Below, one piece after another: positions 22,655 through 37,910 of a stretch of 64,000 nucleotides of DNA. Under the pieces are notes generated by a model. It saw nothing but the letters and a program-made list of their open reading frames with translations. It ran no database searches and was not told where the DNA came from. Both the position numbers and the translations under genes were made by a program. Each line of letters opens with the position of its first letter. The first letter of the stretch is position 1. The stretch spans positions 323,637-387,636 of the forward strand of contig WELB01000023.1 of assembly GCA_009602725.1 (NCBI GenBank), written 5' to 3'. Source of the DNA: Spirogloea muscicola (lineage: Eukaryota).

Positions 22655-23450
22655 GATCCATCCTCCCCCTGTGCTGACATGACATCTTCAGGCCCCTCTG
22701 TAGCTGCTAAACGCTTGTCGGCCCCTCCGAACCCTTGTCAATTCTTTTTGGGCTGGCTTATCACAGCCCTCTTGTTGGGCTGGCTTATCACAGCCCTTGC
22801 CCCCATTTGGAGTGCCACTTCTTTCTTCTGGGTCTTGTCGGGGTGCCATCTTGTCCAGCTTCAACGTTACTCCGACTTGCGCTGCTGACTCGGGTCACTC
22901 AGCTCCCCTTCGCTGTAGTCCCTTGCATAGCTGTGTGGTGTTGGCGCCTTCCGCCACTATGGACCTTGTTCGGTCCTTGCTTCACAATGTATTTCGAATC
23001 GGCCACGCTTTCATATCATGCACACCGCGCGCCTTCTCTCTTATTCTAAGCTGGCCATTGATAGCCCCCAGCCCCTTGGAAGAGCTCGCTTCTTCTACTG
23101 TGCGGCGGAATGGCGCTCCCAGCGGCGCTGCCGATCTCCCCTTAGCTCGCTCCAGCGAAAGAAATTGGCTCTTCCAAAGGGGGCGAGGCTGTGAAAAGCC
23201 AGCCCGAAAGAGCGAGAGTCTTTTCCAGTAGAGGGCGATGGCTGTGATTGGCCAGCCCAGGAAATAACAAAAGTTCGAAGGGTCCAGAGAAGCGCTTAAG
23301 CACACAGTGAACTATCCAGTGGGTGCTCAACTTTCTTTGCCTGTCGAGCAGCCGCAGATCAGATCAGCTGGTCTCTGGGTACCTGGTTCCCTGTCTGTAG
23401 CCAGAGGCCGCAGCCAAAGCGCGACCAGCATGCAGATGCAAAGCGTGTGC
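22655..23450. mobile_element. Cluster of CRE-like 3' fragments in both orientations plus a Helitron-like end (~22980-23045)
   Basis: gtgatccatcctccccctgt...gggctggc...cagcccttgcccccatttggagtgccacttctttc matches 548-695; SDLRC*LGS-type end at ~22870; reverse motifs at 23167-23260. Confidence 0.7.
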
Positions 23451-24964
23451 CATTGACCGCTGAGCAACACTGACATGCACATGCAAGTACAGCGCTCAGA
23501 GCTACGGCCCATATGAGAGCTCCTTAGCTCCTGTATTGAGTACATGGGTTGATGGCCGCAAAGGGCTGCATCTCTGCATGGCCAGTGCAGGCCCAATCAA
23601 ACTTTTGAGCTAAAGTGCGTACTTCTCATATGGGTTTCATAAGTACGGCCTATTGATTTGAAACTTTTGAGCTTCACTTCAGCTTTCATCGACTCAAGGG
23701 CACAGCCTCGCCGTAGACCTCTGTACTAGATCGGAATGCTTCCCTTTGGACATCTCTCACACTGGCGGACGCAAATAAGCAGTGAAAAAGCAAGTGATAC
23801 AGAGCAGTGAAGATGCTGCTATTTATGGCTGTTGGTCTTCAGTCATCCTTAATCAGCAGGCATATGCATGTTATGCATGTTCGTTGTTGGAGTTGCTGAC
23901 AATCGAGATGCACACATGACTTGTCAATAGATTACAACATTGCTAACTTCAACCCCTAATCCACTATGATTCATTAATACTGGAATGAGGCAGTACCTCG
24001 TGCATGAATACCATGGAAGCATTCAATGGTATAAGCTTCAGAGACTGAATGAGCTGCCTTTATCTTATATTTGCAGGCTGCTGCAATGAGATCCTTGTTC
24101 CTTGTCAATCTGCTCACGTACCAATGCTTCATACTTGACTCCGCGTTCTTTTCCAACCTAGCAAGGACATTTAGTGCCCTAGAGCCTGGTACTTACGATC
24201 TAGATACAGTTCCTATCTTTTACGAACTCCGACTTTATTTGACCACTCAAACCTAAATGACTTCTTGCCAGCTATCCACCTTCCCTCTGCCATGGAAGGT
24301 CATTAGCTCACATGTTGCTGTATACCCATGCAAGTCCAGACTACTATGCTGGCTGCAAGGTGTTTCACCAAATGAAGACCGAATAGTTTGGCAGGAAAGG
24401 GGGAGAGTCAGGGCTAAGCCAGTTGGTCTAAGGGCCACTGGCCAGAGTGGTCAATGGTGATGTCTAAAGCAGTGACTCAGGTCGAGCCCCCAAAAGTGTC
24501 ACTTGAGCTCCCACAAGCCTATAATTGCTACAGCTTAGAGGTTGCACTGTGCAGCCCATGATGGTTGAGCAACCCTTGGAGAAAATGTGCATGCAACTTG
24601 GAGCTTGCACTTACACTCTGCTGATCCTGGATTCTCCTTGCGACTGCACCTTGGAGCTGTCAAAAGAAAATAGTCGTATGGCATTCCCATAAGCTGCCTC
24701 TGCGACTTCGTCTTGTGGCTTGCCCATCAAAGTTGCCACTCTTTTCAAGACCTTCCCCATGAAAGCAAATGGTTGTCCATATCAGGTAGGGCGATGCCAC
24801 ACTATGCCAGCAAGTCTCAGGTCTTGGTCCCGGTGAACTTATTCTAAAGAGTCTTGTATTATCATGAATTTCCAACATTTGAAGCACAAACAATGTCTTC
24901 TTCTTTTGTAATCAGAGAACAATTGTCAAAAAATTTTATGCGAGTTTGCATACTTGTCAGGACA

Positions 24965-27710
24965 TACCACTGCCAGATTGGCTGGAGTATTATATTTAGC
25001 TTCAGCTGCATCTGCATCAGACGTTGACTGGTGTCTCCCATTATTGATTCTGCACAGTCACAGAGGCTGCTGAAAAGTGAAGCACTGGCACCTGCAAACA
25101 TTGTTTTCTATGCACCATGCGATAGGTTCTTCTTACCCATGCTCCGGCTGTCTGGCCTCTGCTTCTGATTCCTCTGGTGCTGGGAAAGCATCTGGTGCAT
25201 CTGTTTCTAGCAGGAGCCTAGTCATTGGTACCTGCAACAAGGATATTGCAATCCTTTGTCAGTTCCTCTTACTGTTCCCTTTTCTGTTGTCAAGTAAAGT
25301 AACAAGTGGATGTAGTCAAGCAGGACATCCTCCGCAAACCAAGAGCCATACACAGGCTGGTATAGTGCATGAGTGATATATGATATATACACTTGTTGCG
25401 AAGTTATTGGGACGTATAGCTTTATTGGCAGGCAGTTATTGAAAGGCAGTTGGAATGCAGACTTAGCTAAAGACCTGACACAGGCAAGGATATGTACCGA
25501 GAGTGTAAGTCATGTGCCACATGTGCCTTTGACTCAGAGACACATACTCCAAGAATCACTTACTCTGCGCAGTATCTGAGATGCTTTCTTTGCTTTCATA
25601 TGGGTAATGAAACCAGAAAATGAGAAGTATGCCCCTTGCTTGCATAACGAATCAACCATTGCTGCTGAACCCATGTATGAGTGTAGTATCAAGCCGGCTG
25701 GGAAGTCCCCCAAGGTCCTGGATAGGGGAGAGAGCTGCATATGGAATGTGTCAGTTGCTTTGCAGTGTACTGCACTCAACACTCCAGAGTGTCCACCACA
25801 AAGCCGTAGGGCTGCCCTGTGTGACTAGAGAAACTGTTCTACAAGATGTAGGCTACCATAGTCTTAGGCAGCAGGCAGCCTCATATAACGTCCATAAGCA
25901 CCATATAAAATACACGACCAGGTACAAATTGCCTTCAGAAGTAGAGTACATTCACACCCTGAGGGTCCAACCTAAGCGTATTCTCCAGGTCGCCATAAGC
26001 CCGAACACAGTGGACAGCGACAGGCCTCTTCAACTCCTGTGCTAGTTGTAGCTGTTGGCGCATCACGTCAATCTGCAAGTAAGCAACTTAAAAGGTATTC
26101 AATACAAGGCAACCACATGTACAAGCATAGTGGTAGTGACAGGGGAAACATCGAAGGGTCCAGCAAGAAAGAAGGCCACTAGTGGAAACTGCAAATTGTC
26201 TGTACTGCTTTGAATGCTCATAGGCATCAAATCAGGTCTCTGTTGACTGTGCAAGACTACTTGGAGGATGGCAATCACACTTGCTCAGTCAGCAAGTCAT
26301 CTGACCTGGACGGCAAGGTCTGCTTTCTGCCCTCGAGGGCTTTTGTCAATGCCAACCTGCATCCAAGCATGGCTCCTTCAGGTGCAATAAGGAGCACACT
26401 GCAGCTGTCAACTCAGACATCACCTTCGGAAAATGATTCACATTGTAGCGGTATGTGCACTACTCTCTGCAGTTCTCCACAGCCTGCCTCTTCCTTTCAG
26501 TAATAAGAGTCAGTGTTTGCCAGTGTGCAGTTACCTCACCTACAGCAGCCCCCGGCACTTCCAGAAGCAAGTTCTTGAGCTTCGCCAACCACGATGATGA
26601 GCGATCTTTGACAAACCTGCAGATAACCAACCAGTGCTATGTTCAGTCGCTGTCAGCCCCTTGAAAGTCAACAAGCGCAGCAGCACATTATTGTAACGGG
26701 GGCCTTGTCTAAGCTCAGCACAATATGGCTGACAACGAAGAAAGAACGAGGAGGTGTCAGCAGTAAGCGACTTTGGTGAATGGCAAGGGGCAGGACCCTC
26801 CACCCCCCCCCCCTAATGAGAGGTAGTGTAGCGGGCGGTGTAGCGGGTGTAGCATGCTTGACACTTCATGCTTATCTCAGCCAATGCTAAGCACCATCAC
26901 CAGGGGGCCACAGAAAAGGCGGATGGCAAAGTGCCGTGGCGGTACATACATTGGTGGCTACTAATGTAGCTAAAGTTGGGCGCATCCTAACAGTTGATGG
27001 TCGCTTATGTGAAGAAGCACACAATGTCAACCCGACAATCATAAGGGCGTGCCCGGCTGGAACACTTAGCATCACTGTGTGGTTGCTTGACTTCTACTTT
27101 CTATACAAGTTCCGCCATCAAGACGGGTGCCACTCCTGCTAAGGCAAGGCGTGAGTGGAGGATAAGTACCAAGGGTGCAGGCCAAAGGATGGAATAACAG
27201 CTTCGTGTCTCTCGCCAAGCTCCCTCACGTGATCCCAGTCGCTCTGCACGTTCCACAACCTTGGTTGCATACAATTACCACTCCACTTCTTCGACGTTCC
27301 TACTACAATCCCCTACTCTAGTGACCAGACACTGTCCGCTGAGTATTGCTGCAGCTGTGAAGCAGGTCTCGAAAGTGGACGTCTAAGTGGCCAACGAGCT
27401 ACAGCACGAATTCTTGGGGTGCAATTAGGCAACAGGCTGTCAAAAGAGATGTAAATGTAATGCTTTACATGACACTCGTGGCTCTGTGACATATTGTGTA
27501 ACGGCAGACCCCTCACTGGCCACAGTCTCGACATGCAAGAGCACAGCCGAAGCCAATAAGGAGGGCTGTCCGAAGGCTCCAGCGCACCTCGGAGGTGCCA
27601 TTGGCGACGAGCCACCTCACTCCCGCCGCGCCAGCATCGGCGAGCAGCCGCTCCAGTTGGCCGCCGAGCCGGGGATCCTGAAGGTGGCAGTGGGCGTCGA
27701 AGAGGCGCAT
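24965..27710 (-). CDS. TatD-family DNase (3' terminal exon not resolved)
   Basis: MRLFDAHCHLQDPRL...VANGTSE; PSFGLHPW; AAVGE/VGIDK; QLQLAQELKRPVAVHCVRAYGDL; LILHSYMGS...GAYFSFSG; RLLLETDAPD; KYNTPANL. Confidence 0.9.
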
Positions 27711-27959
27711 CGTTGCGAGCTCTGCCACCGGGCCGCCCTCGAGCTGCCGCCGGAACTCCATTTACGCGACGTCGGCCGCCACCATGCCGCTACGCCACCG
27801 ACGCCGCCGCCGCCGCTGCTGCCGCCGCAGCCTCGGGAGGCGCAGTCGCCGGAGGCGCCATTGGCAACTTGGGGCCGCCACTTGGCGTGCCAAATGAGGA
27901 ATGAAGTCTTTTCCTCTATACCGAGTTGAAGGAAGGGAGGGAATGCTCTCGTGGTGTAA

Positions 27960-28389
27960 GGGCCAATTTACACCGGGACGGACGGACGGACGCTGGCGTC
28001 CGCCCCGTTGGGGGCGAGGACGCGGCCACGGAGGCCGAGGCCGCCTGCACGTGCAGGTCCGTATTTGAGATCTCGTGTATTGAAGGGTGAGGGGTGCCAG
28101 CTGTCCCTTTCCGGGCAGGCCGAAAAGGGGTTGGACGAGGGAGAGGGGAGGGGGTGGACGGAACTGGCCCCTCCTCGGGAGGTGGTGCCAATTCCGTCCG
28201 CCCTCGTGGCAAACGCGCGCGTTTCCGCCTGAAACGCGCCCCAAAAGCCGTCCTAGTCAGCGCCGATGTGGCGCCTCCGTGGCGCGCGTCCGCGTCCGGG
28301 CGCGCAGGCTGTGTAAAGCCGGGCGTTCCATACACCGCGCGACACGTACCCCTCCGTCCGTCCGTCCGTCCCGAGGTGTAAATTGGCCC
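27960..28389. mobile_element. PIF/Harbinger (Tourist-like) MITE 1, 430 bp
   Basis: TIR GGGCCAATTTACACCGGGACGGACGGACGGA / TCCGTCCGTCCGTCCCGAGGTGTAAATTGGCCC; TAA on both sides (27957-27959, 28390-28392). Confidence 0.88.
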
Positions 28390-28392
28390 TAA

Positions 28393-28534
28393 GGGCCAAT
28401 TTACACCGGGACGGACGGACGCAAATTGACCTCTAGTTAGCCTCTACTTGGCAAGACTTTGACCCCAGACGCTCCATACACCGCGTGACACGTACCCCGC
28501 GGCGGCGTCCATCCGTCCCGGTGTAAATCGGCCC
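28393..28534. mobile_element. PIF/Harbinger (Tourist-like) MITE 2, 142 bp, sharing a TAA with MITE 1
   Basis: GGGCCAATTTACACCGGGACGGACGGACG ... CGTCCATCCGTCCCGGTGTAAATCGGCCC, then TAA at 28535-28537. Confidence 0.88.
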
Positions 28535-28569
28535 TAAGAAGAAGATATGGACTGTTTAATAAGTGAAGA

Positions 28570-29825
28570 AGGACCCGTTCAGTAGAGGGCAATAGCTATG
28601 AATAGCCATACCAGAAGAAGAATAAACAGATATCGAAGGGGCCAGAAAATCGCGTAAGCACACAGCGACTCAAGTGGCCACTGGGTGCTCAATATCTACT
28701 GTTTAGCAGCCGCAGGTCAGAGAAACTGATCTGCGGGTAGCGGGTCCTCTGTCTATGGCTAGAGGCTGCCGCCAAAGCGAGACCGCCACGCAGATGCAAC
28801 GAGTGTGCCCTCTACTTATTCTGATCTGCACTTGCTGACTAGCGGTTATTGAGCGCCCACTTGCAGAAGTCATGGAGAGTAGCATCCTGCTTTTGGCGCC
28901 CTCAGGACATCTGCGTGCGCACTCTACTTTAGTCTGATCTGCACTTGCTGACTAGAGGTTATTGAGCGCCCACTTGTAGAAGTCATGGAGAGTTGTATCC
29001 TGCTTTTGCCACGTTCCGGTCCTTTCAGACCTTGTACATTCCTTTGGGCTGGCCTCTCACAGCCATTGCCTTACATTGGAGATCTATTTCTTCTTCCATA
29101 ATCGCTGCAGCATACTGACAGGCGCAAGCGATATACCTTACCGAGAGAGCCTGCCACGTTGGAATTGGCCTGCTCCTCTTGGTGACATCGATTTCACAGC
29201 GCTGCGCTGGCTGGTGCAGGAGCTCACCGAGCGCTGAACGCCCCGTGAATGTCGATGGCAAGGGGAAGTACTCGTCTTTTCGCGGATGGTCAGCATACTT
29301 CGCCCCCTTGCTTCGAGCGGCTCTGGCCACTGCATGCCCTGCCTTGGAGAGGTAATGGCAATGTAGGCAATGGCTGTGAGGGGCCAGCCCAAAAGGAGTG
29401 GAAAAGGTCTGTAACGGCCGGAAGGTGTGAAAACCAACGGAACTACTCTCCGTGCTTTCCGTGCTTCTGCGAGTGGAGGAAAAGCAAGGACGCCGCTCCC
29501 TTCTGGGCCGCTTGCCTCTTTTCTCACAAACTCAATCAATTAAATTTTCCGCCAGCCGTCCTTGGCCCACACCTTGCATCTGCGAGCTGGCCGTGCTCTA
29601 GCTGCCGCTTCTGGCTATTGTGAAGGGGACATACTTCCAGGAGCATAGCCTCTCCGACCTGCGCCTGCTTAGCAGGGGTTACTGAGTGGTTAGTAGCTGC
29701 TTTGTATTTTCTTGTGTGCTTGTCATTTCTGCTGCTTCGCCTTAGGGCTTCGCCTGGCTTCCCCCCCCCACTTCTTTTTTGGGCTGGCTGTTCCAGCCCA
29801 TATTCTCAATGGGCGAGCCCTTCCT
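28570..29825. mobile_element. Cluster of CRE-like fragments: minus copy ~28570-28810, two tandem subfamily-C ends 28810-29008, minus copy ~29130-29400, plus copy ~29570-29825
   Basis: SDLHLLT(S/R)GY* twice; KYADHPRKDEYFPLP (minus); LHLRAGRALAAASG...HSLSDLRLLSRGY* plus UTR nearly identical to 1855-2070. Confidence 0.78.
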
Positions 29826-29930
29826 CTGCTTTCGATCCAGCGGCCAGCTCAGACAGCCATTGTGAGATTAGAAGAGCTGCTCCTTTCCTGTGGCTAGTCT
29901 TTCTGTAACGAAGTTACACAAGATGGAACA

Positions 29931-30454
29931 TCTATATCATGAGAGAGAAGGCGCGCGGTGCGCATGAAATTAAAGCGAGGCCAATTCAAGCCATTACATT
30001 GTTCAGGCAGAAAATGCAGAAAGTGCAAAGAATGCAGCGCAAAGAATGTGGCTACATGAAAAGACGCCCTATACTAGGAGGGCCGGAGGTGCCACAGAGC
30101 GGGGGGAGCCGTGCTGACGGGGGCCATGTCGACTCGACCGGTACCGCTTGTGGAGCTGCTAGAGGAGGTTGAGAAAGCAGCAATGGCAGGAGGGAGGGCG
30201 GGTGGGGGAAAGGAGGGCCGTAGGTGCCACAGAGTGGGGGGAGCCGTGCTGACGGGGGCCATGACGACTCGACCGGTACCGCTTGTGGAGCTGCTAGAGG
30301 AGGTTGAGGAGAATGATAGCTGGAGGGGGTACTGAGGAGGCGAAGGACGGGCGCGCGATCTTAGAGAAAGCGCATCTCTGAATAATGGCGCGCCACGCTG
30401 ATGAAGGAGCAATATGGAATTCAGGAGCGCGACGGCGGCAAAGCCGGAATCTAG
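29931..30454 (+). mobile_element. Probable non-autonomous Helitron with an internal ~100-bp duplication
   Basis: A|TCTATATC 5' end; CGGC-AAA-GCCG hairpin then GAAT CTAG|T 3' end; no TSD; duplicated block ~30077-30173 / ~30212-30308; other copies at 8724, 13296, 22980 and 31960-32558. Confidence 0.55.
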
Positions 30455-30677
30455 TGTTAGAACTCTACTAGTATTAGTATTAGTATTCCGCGCGGGTCCC
30501 CGCAATCGGCGGCGACTTCAGCGGCGGAGGCGGCGGCCACGGGTGGATCTTCTGTGAGGGCTTAGCAAGTGGCCGGGCGCCTAATAATCCCATGAGGCCG
30601 GGGGCAGGGGCCCCGAGAACCTCGATGGTTACTTAAGGAGGAGGGGCGACCAAGCGCGGGCTTTCCCTCCCCCCCCA

Positions 30678-31800
30678 CAAGAGCTGGTCAGTTGCCGTCC
30701 GGTATTCGAGCGTCAGCTAGCGACCTCTATGTGCTGACTCGTGGTTACTGAGCGGGTCAGCTTAGCAGCAGGTGACGTACATTTGTCCAATGTGCTTGCC
30801 TTTGTACTTGGCCACACATGGCCTCCCCATCTCTTAATATACACGCATTTTCTTTTCAAACGCTTACACTTGGCACTGTGTACATTTCAACAGCTGGTTT
30901 GTTTTGACCCATTGCATACGTTTGGCTCCGACTCCTTTGCTTCGCGACACCAACGCCTCGTCGTTGGGCTTGACGATCCTCATTCTTTACAGTTTCTGAC
31001 TTGCGGTTGCTTTGACCTGATGTTGCTCACTCGTGGGTATTGAGCTTCCTGTGGTTTCGTCGTGTCTTCTTGTCTAGCTGCCTAGCTGTGTATTTTTTCA
31101 TTCTTTGGCTTTCGGGCAATGTCCATTCTTTCCGGGCTGGCTTTGCTGGCCCCCTTTTTCTATGGGCGAGCACTTTCTTTTAGAGGCTACCAAGTGTCCA
31201 TCCTTCGTGGTACTTGCTTAGTTGGGCTTTCTGGCCCCTTGGGACCTTGTCAATTTTTTGGACTGGAAACGGTCCTCAAATTCAGGTACGGTGGAAACGG
31301 TACCACAGTACGGTCCTCAAATTCAGAGCCCTCGCTCCTTTTAGGCTCATGCTTTGACACCAGAAAGAAGAAGAAAGAGCTCGCCCATTGAGGATAGGGG
31401 CTGGAACAGCCAGCCCAAAAAAGAATGAGCAGAGTACAAGAAAGCTGGTCGAGCCTTAGCTAGTTGCACAAGAGCTTGTCAATTGCCGTCGGGTATTTAG
31501 GCATCAGTTAGCAACCTCTATGTGCTGACTCGTGGTTACTGAGCGGGTCAGCATAGCAGCAGGTCAATTACATCTGTCAATGTGCTTGCCTTTGTACTTG
31601 GCCACTCAGGCGCTGCCTCACTCATTCCACACAACATTCTCCTTTGGATGAGCTTACTAACGAACAGCCCCTTCGAACCTTCCGGGCTAGCTTTCAGAGC
31701 TTTCGCCCCCTGTTGATCAGAAAGAAGGCTCGCCCATTTTTTCTTTCTTCTTCTGAAAGAGGGGCTGGCAAAGCCAGCCCAAAAAGAATGGACAATGTCC
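30678..31800. mobile_element. Cluster of CRE-like 3' fragments (subfamily B at ~30678-30855 and ~31445-31605; others in both orientations)
   Basis: SASDLYVLTRGY* plus gcgggtcagcttagcagcaggtgacgtacatttgtccaatgtgcttgcctttgtacttggccac as at 52875-52980; DLMLLTRGY* at ~31043; reverse motifs at 31378-31442 and 31762-31792. Confidence 0.78.
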
Positions 31801-31987
31801 AAAGCCGAAGAATGAGATGCCGAGGAAGGACTCCTCCACGGCGCCGCCCAAGTTGCACGCACAGCAGATCTCTAATTACACAGACTCTTTGGGGCATGCG
31901 CCCGCGTCCTGGCGCCTCATCTCCTATTATGTAGCCTTGTTTAGTCTGCACTCGACTCTGCCTGAACAATGTATTGGCTTGAATTGG

Positions 31988-32494
31988 TGGTGACTGCCGA
32001 CGCATTCGACCGATCCCACCCAGCCCAGTGTGCAACCAAGCCTGGGTATGCGGTCGCCTGCGCCGCTCGTGCCAAAGAACTCAAGTATACAGACCATCCG
32101 CCAGCTGACGAGTTCTTCCCGCTGGCCATCGACACACACGGGGCGTTGGGTGCTCGGTGGCTCGAACTGCTCCACCAGCTTGCCCGTCACGCCGTCGCCC
32201 GCCGCTTCCATGGGGAGCCGGTGGACTTCCCTGCAGCTGGGTCGCTCGCCCAGGTGTACCGCATGCGCCTGGCCGTCTCGCTGCAGAGGTCAATGGCCCG
32301 TGCGCTGCACCTGCGTGCCGGCCGAGCCCTCGCTGCTGCCTCTGGTTCTGGCTAGGGGACATACTTCCAGGAACATAGTCTCTCTGACCTGCGACTGCTT
32401 AGCAGGGGTTACTGAGTGATTAATAGCTGCTTTGTTTCTTCTTGTGTGCTTGTCTTTCTTAGTGCTTCACCTAAGTGTTTCGCTTAGCCCCCTT
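31988..32494 (+). mobile_element. 5'-truncated CRE-like copy with 10-bp TSD, inserted in a Helitron-like element
   Basis: VVTADAFD...AKELKYTDHPPADEFFPLAIDTHGALG...RMRLAVSLQRSMARALHLRAG; CTTGAATTGG at 31978-31987 and 32495-32504; the flanks rejoin into the Helitron-like 5' sequence. Confidence 0.85.
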
Positions 32495-32951
32495 CTTGAA
32501 TTGGCCTCCCTTTCAATTCATGCGCCCCGCGCGCCTTCTCTCATCGGGAATGCATAGATAGGATCGGACGGTTTAAGGAGCCTCCTGCGGTGGCGCGGGA
32601 ACGCCACGTGGCGCTACCGGCGGCCCTCCGTCCCTTTAACCCAACCCTCACGAGCGGATAGAAAGGTCGGAAGGGTTGAGGAGGGGCCTGGATTTCCGGC
32701 TTGCCGCACTCGAGTCCATTGACTAATGCGATGCACGCCTGGGCCAGATTGTACGTCCTTTACTCGCCCAGTCGAATTGCATCGATCAATCTCCGCCCCT
32801 CGAAGCAAGGCGGGCTGGCCTGCCCCTCGAACCCCCGCCTCAAGAGTCGCCCTCAGGCAGCTTGCCGTTCCTGCCCTCCCAGCCAGCGCCGCCGCCAGTG
32901 CCGTCGCCGCCGTCGCCGCAGAGCAATCGGCGCGTGCATCATCCCGCGGCC

Positions 32952-36246
<3,295 letters not shown>

Positions 36247-37229
36247 ACTAGGCATGCACGATATACGTTGCTGAAAGAGGGTCGTATACTTGGAGGGACG
36301 ACCTTCTCACCTGCTTCAACCTCCATACTTAGGAGTTCGACCTGCTCGTCCCATTGCTCGTGCCACTTGCAACACCTTTAGGACAGGGTACATGCCATGC
36401 ATATGGTCTAGTTGCGGGGCTTTGCATGTATTGCATGCTCTCCGCGCCTCGTTCACTCATTTATCTATTCCATCCCCACAATTTCCTCCATATTGGACCA
36501 GGATACCAAATATTACTTGGCGAACTCAGAATTATGTTTCTGTTAAGGATGGGAGTGTCTTGTAGTTGCAAACAGCAACATGCACTCATGCATGCATTCA
36601 AAGCTGTGCTTTCCGACAGTCGATTGTGATATGACTGGCAAATTAGCTCGGCATTGATTGTCCACTGTGAGCACTGATGTGTTGAGTACTCATTGCTGAA
36701 ATTTGCAACTTCAAAGCAGGAACCACCCATCAGCAGAGGGTGCAGTTGCACAGCAGGCCTGCCCTGCTGGATAAGTTGCCAAGCCAAGCAGCAATCACGG
36801 TCTTTGATGACAAGGAGAGTGAGCTGACGCACTCTGGATGTAGAAGATGCACTTGTCAATCAGGTACCGGGGCAAAGCTGCGGAGAGCGATGTCAGTCAG
36901 CATTCGCAGCGATGGGCTTCGCTCTTCCTAGTTCGGATGCTGGAGCTGCTCAGACAGAGGAGGCTCTCAATCTATCAGAGAAGCGGTGCTGTGGGGCAGC
37001 CCAAGTGAATGGACGAGGTCCAGGTCAAAGCCCCAATAATATATTACAATTCATGCGGGTAAAACGAGAGAAGAAGCTCTTGAAATGGAGCGGTGATTGA
37101 GAGGCCAGGGGCAAAAGGAATGGGCGAGCAGCTCGCCTTTGCACGTGTCGTGCCCCGGCAACAGTGGGCGTGCAGGCCTTCGCCTACGTCAACTCACAGT
37201 GCAGTGCTGCAGCTCAGAGCCAAGTGCAA

Positions 37230-37390
37230 CTCACCAATTCCCTGCAGCGGTCCATGGGCCATGCGAGCTGGCCACGCTCTAGCTGCCGCCTCTGGCTGTC
37301 ACTGGGGAACTGCTTTCCGGACCTTGTCAGTCAAATTCTTTTCGGGCTGGCTGTCCACAGCCCTTGCCCCTTCGGGAGAGCCACTCTCTC
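37230..37390 (+). mobile_element. Internally deleted CRE-like 3' fragment with terminal motif
   Basis: tccctgcagcggtccatgg...gcgagctggccacgctctagctgccgcctctggc, then gggctggctgtccacagcccttgccccttcgggagagcc. Confidence 0.65.
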
Positions 37391-37910
37391 ACACCGGCTG
37401 CTAGTACTCAGACTTGCAGCTGTCCCTGTGCGACGACCCGCGTGCGACGACCCGCACAGCCGCTTCTACGCAATGCCAAACCGTGAAGGCGCGCGGCTCC
37501 GGCTAGACAGCCTGCCGCTAGCGGTCCGGCAGGGCTGGCGGCGGGCTGCCTCTGCCTGACGCGGATTGCGCGCCAAACGAAAGGGGATAAGGCAGTTCGC
37601 GCCAAAACCATATCTCTCCCCACCTCCCTCCTCGCCTGCCTCCTCGAGCCCACCCACCCTCCTCCTCGTCGGCCTGTGGCCCTTGTAGACGGCCCTGTTC
37701 TCCTCCCTCGGTGGCCTCTCAGCCAAACTTTGTCAATTCTTGACGAGCTGCCTGTTCACATACTATTGTCAGAGCCACTTTCTCTCAGCCGCCTGCTCTT
37801 GGCGGCTGGCTTGTCCTCGGCCGCCGCCTCTCTTGGGCGAGAGCGCCGCCCTCCGTCCTCCGCCATTGCATCTCCGGGGGCCGGGCGACAGGGCCTCGGC
37901 TCGGCAGGCT

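Noticed and set aside
23974..24156. Possible last exon of TatD
   Set aside because: The translation does not resemble the TatD C-terminal helix, so it was left unassigned.
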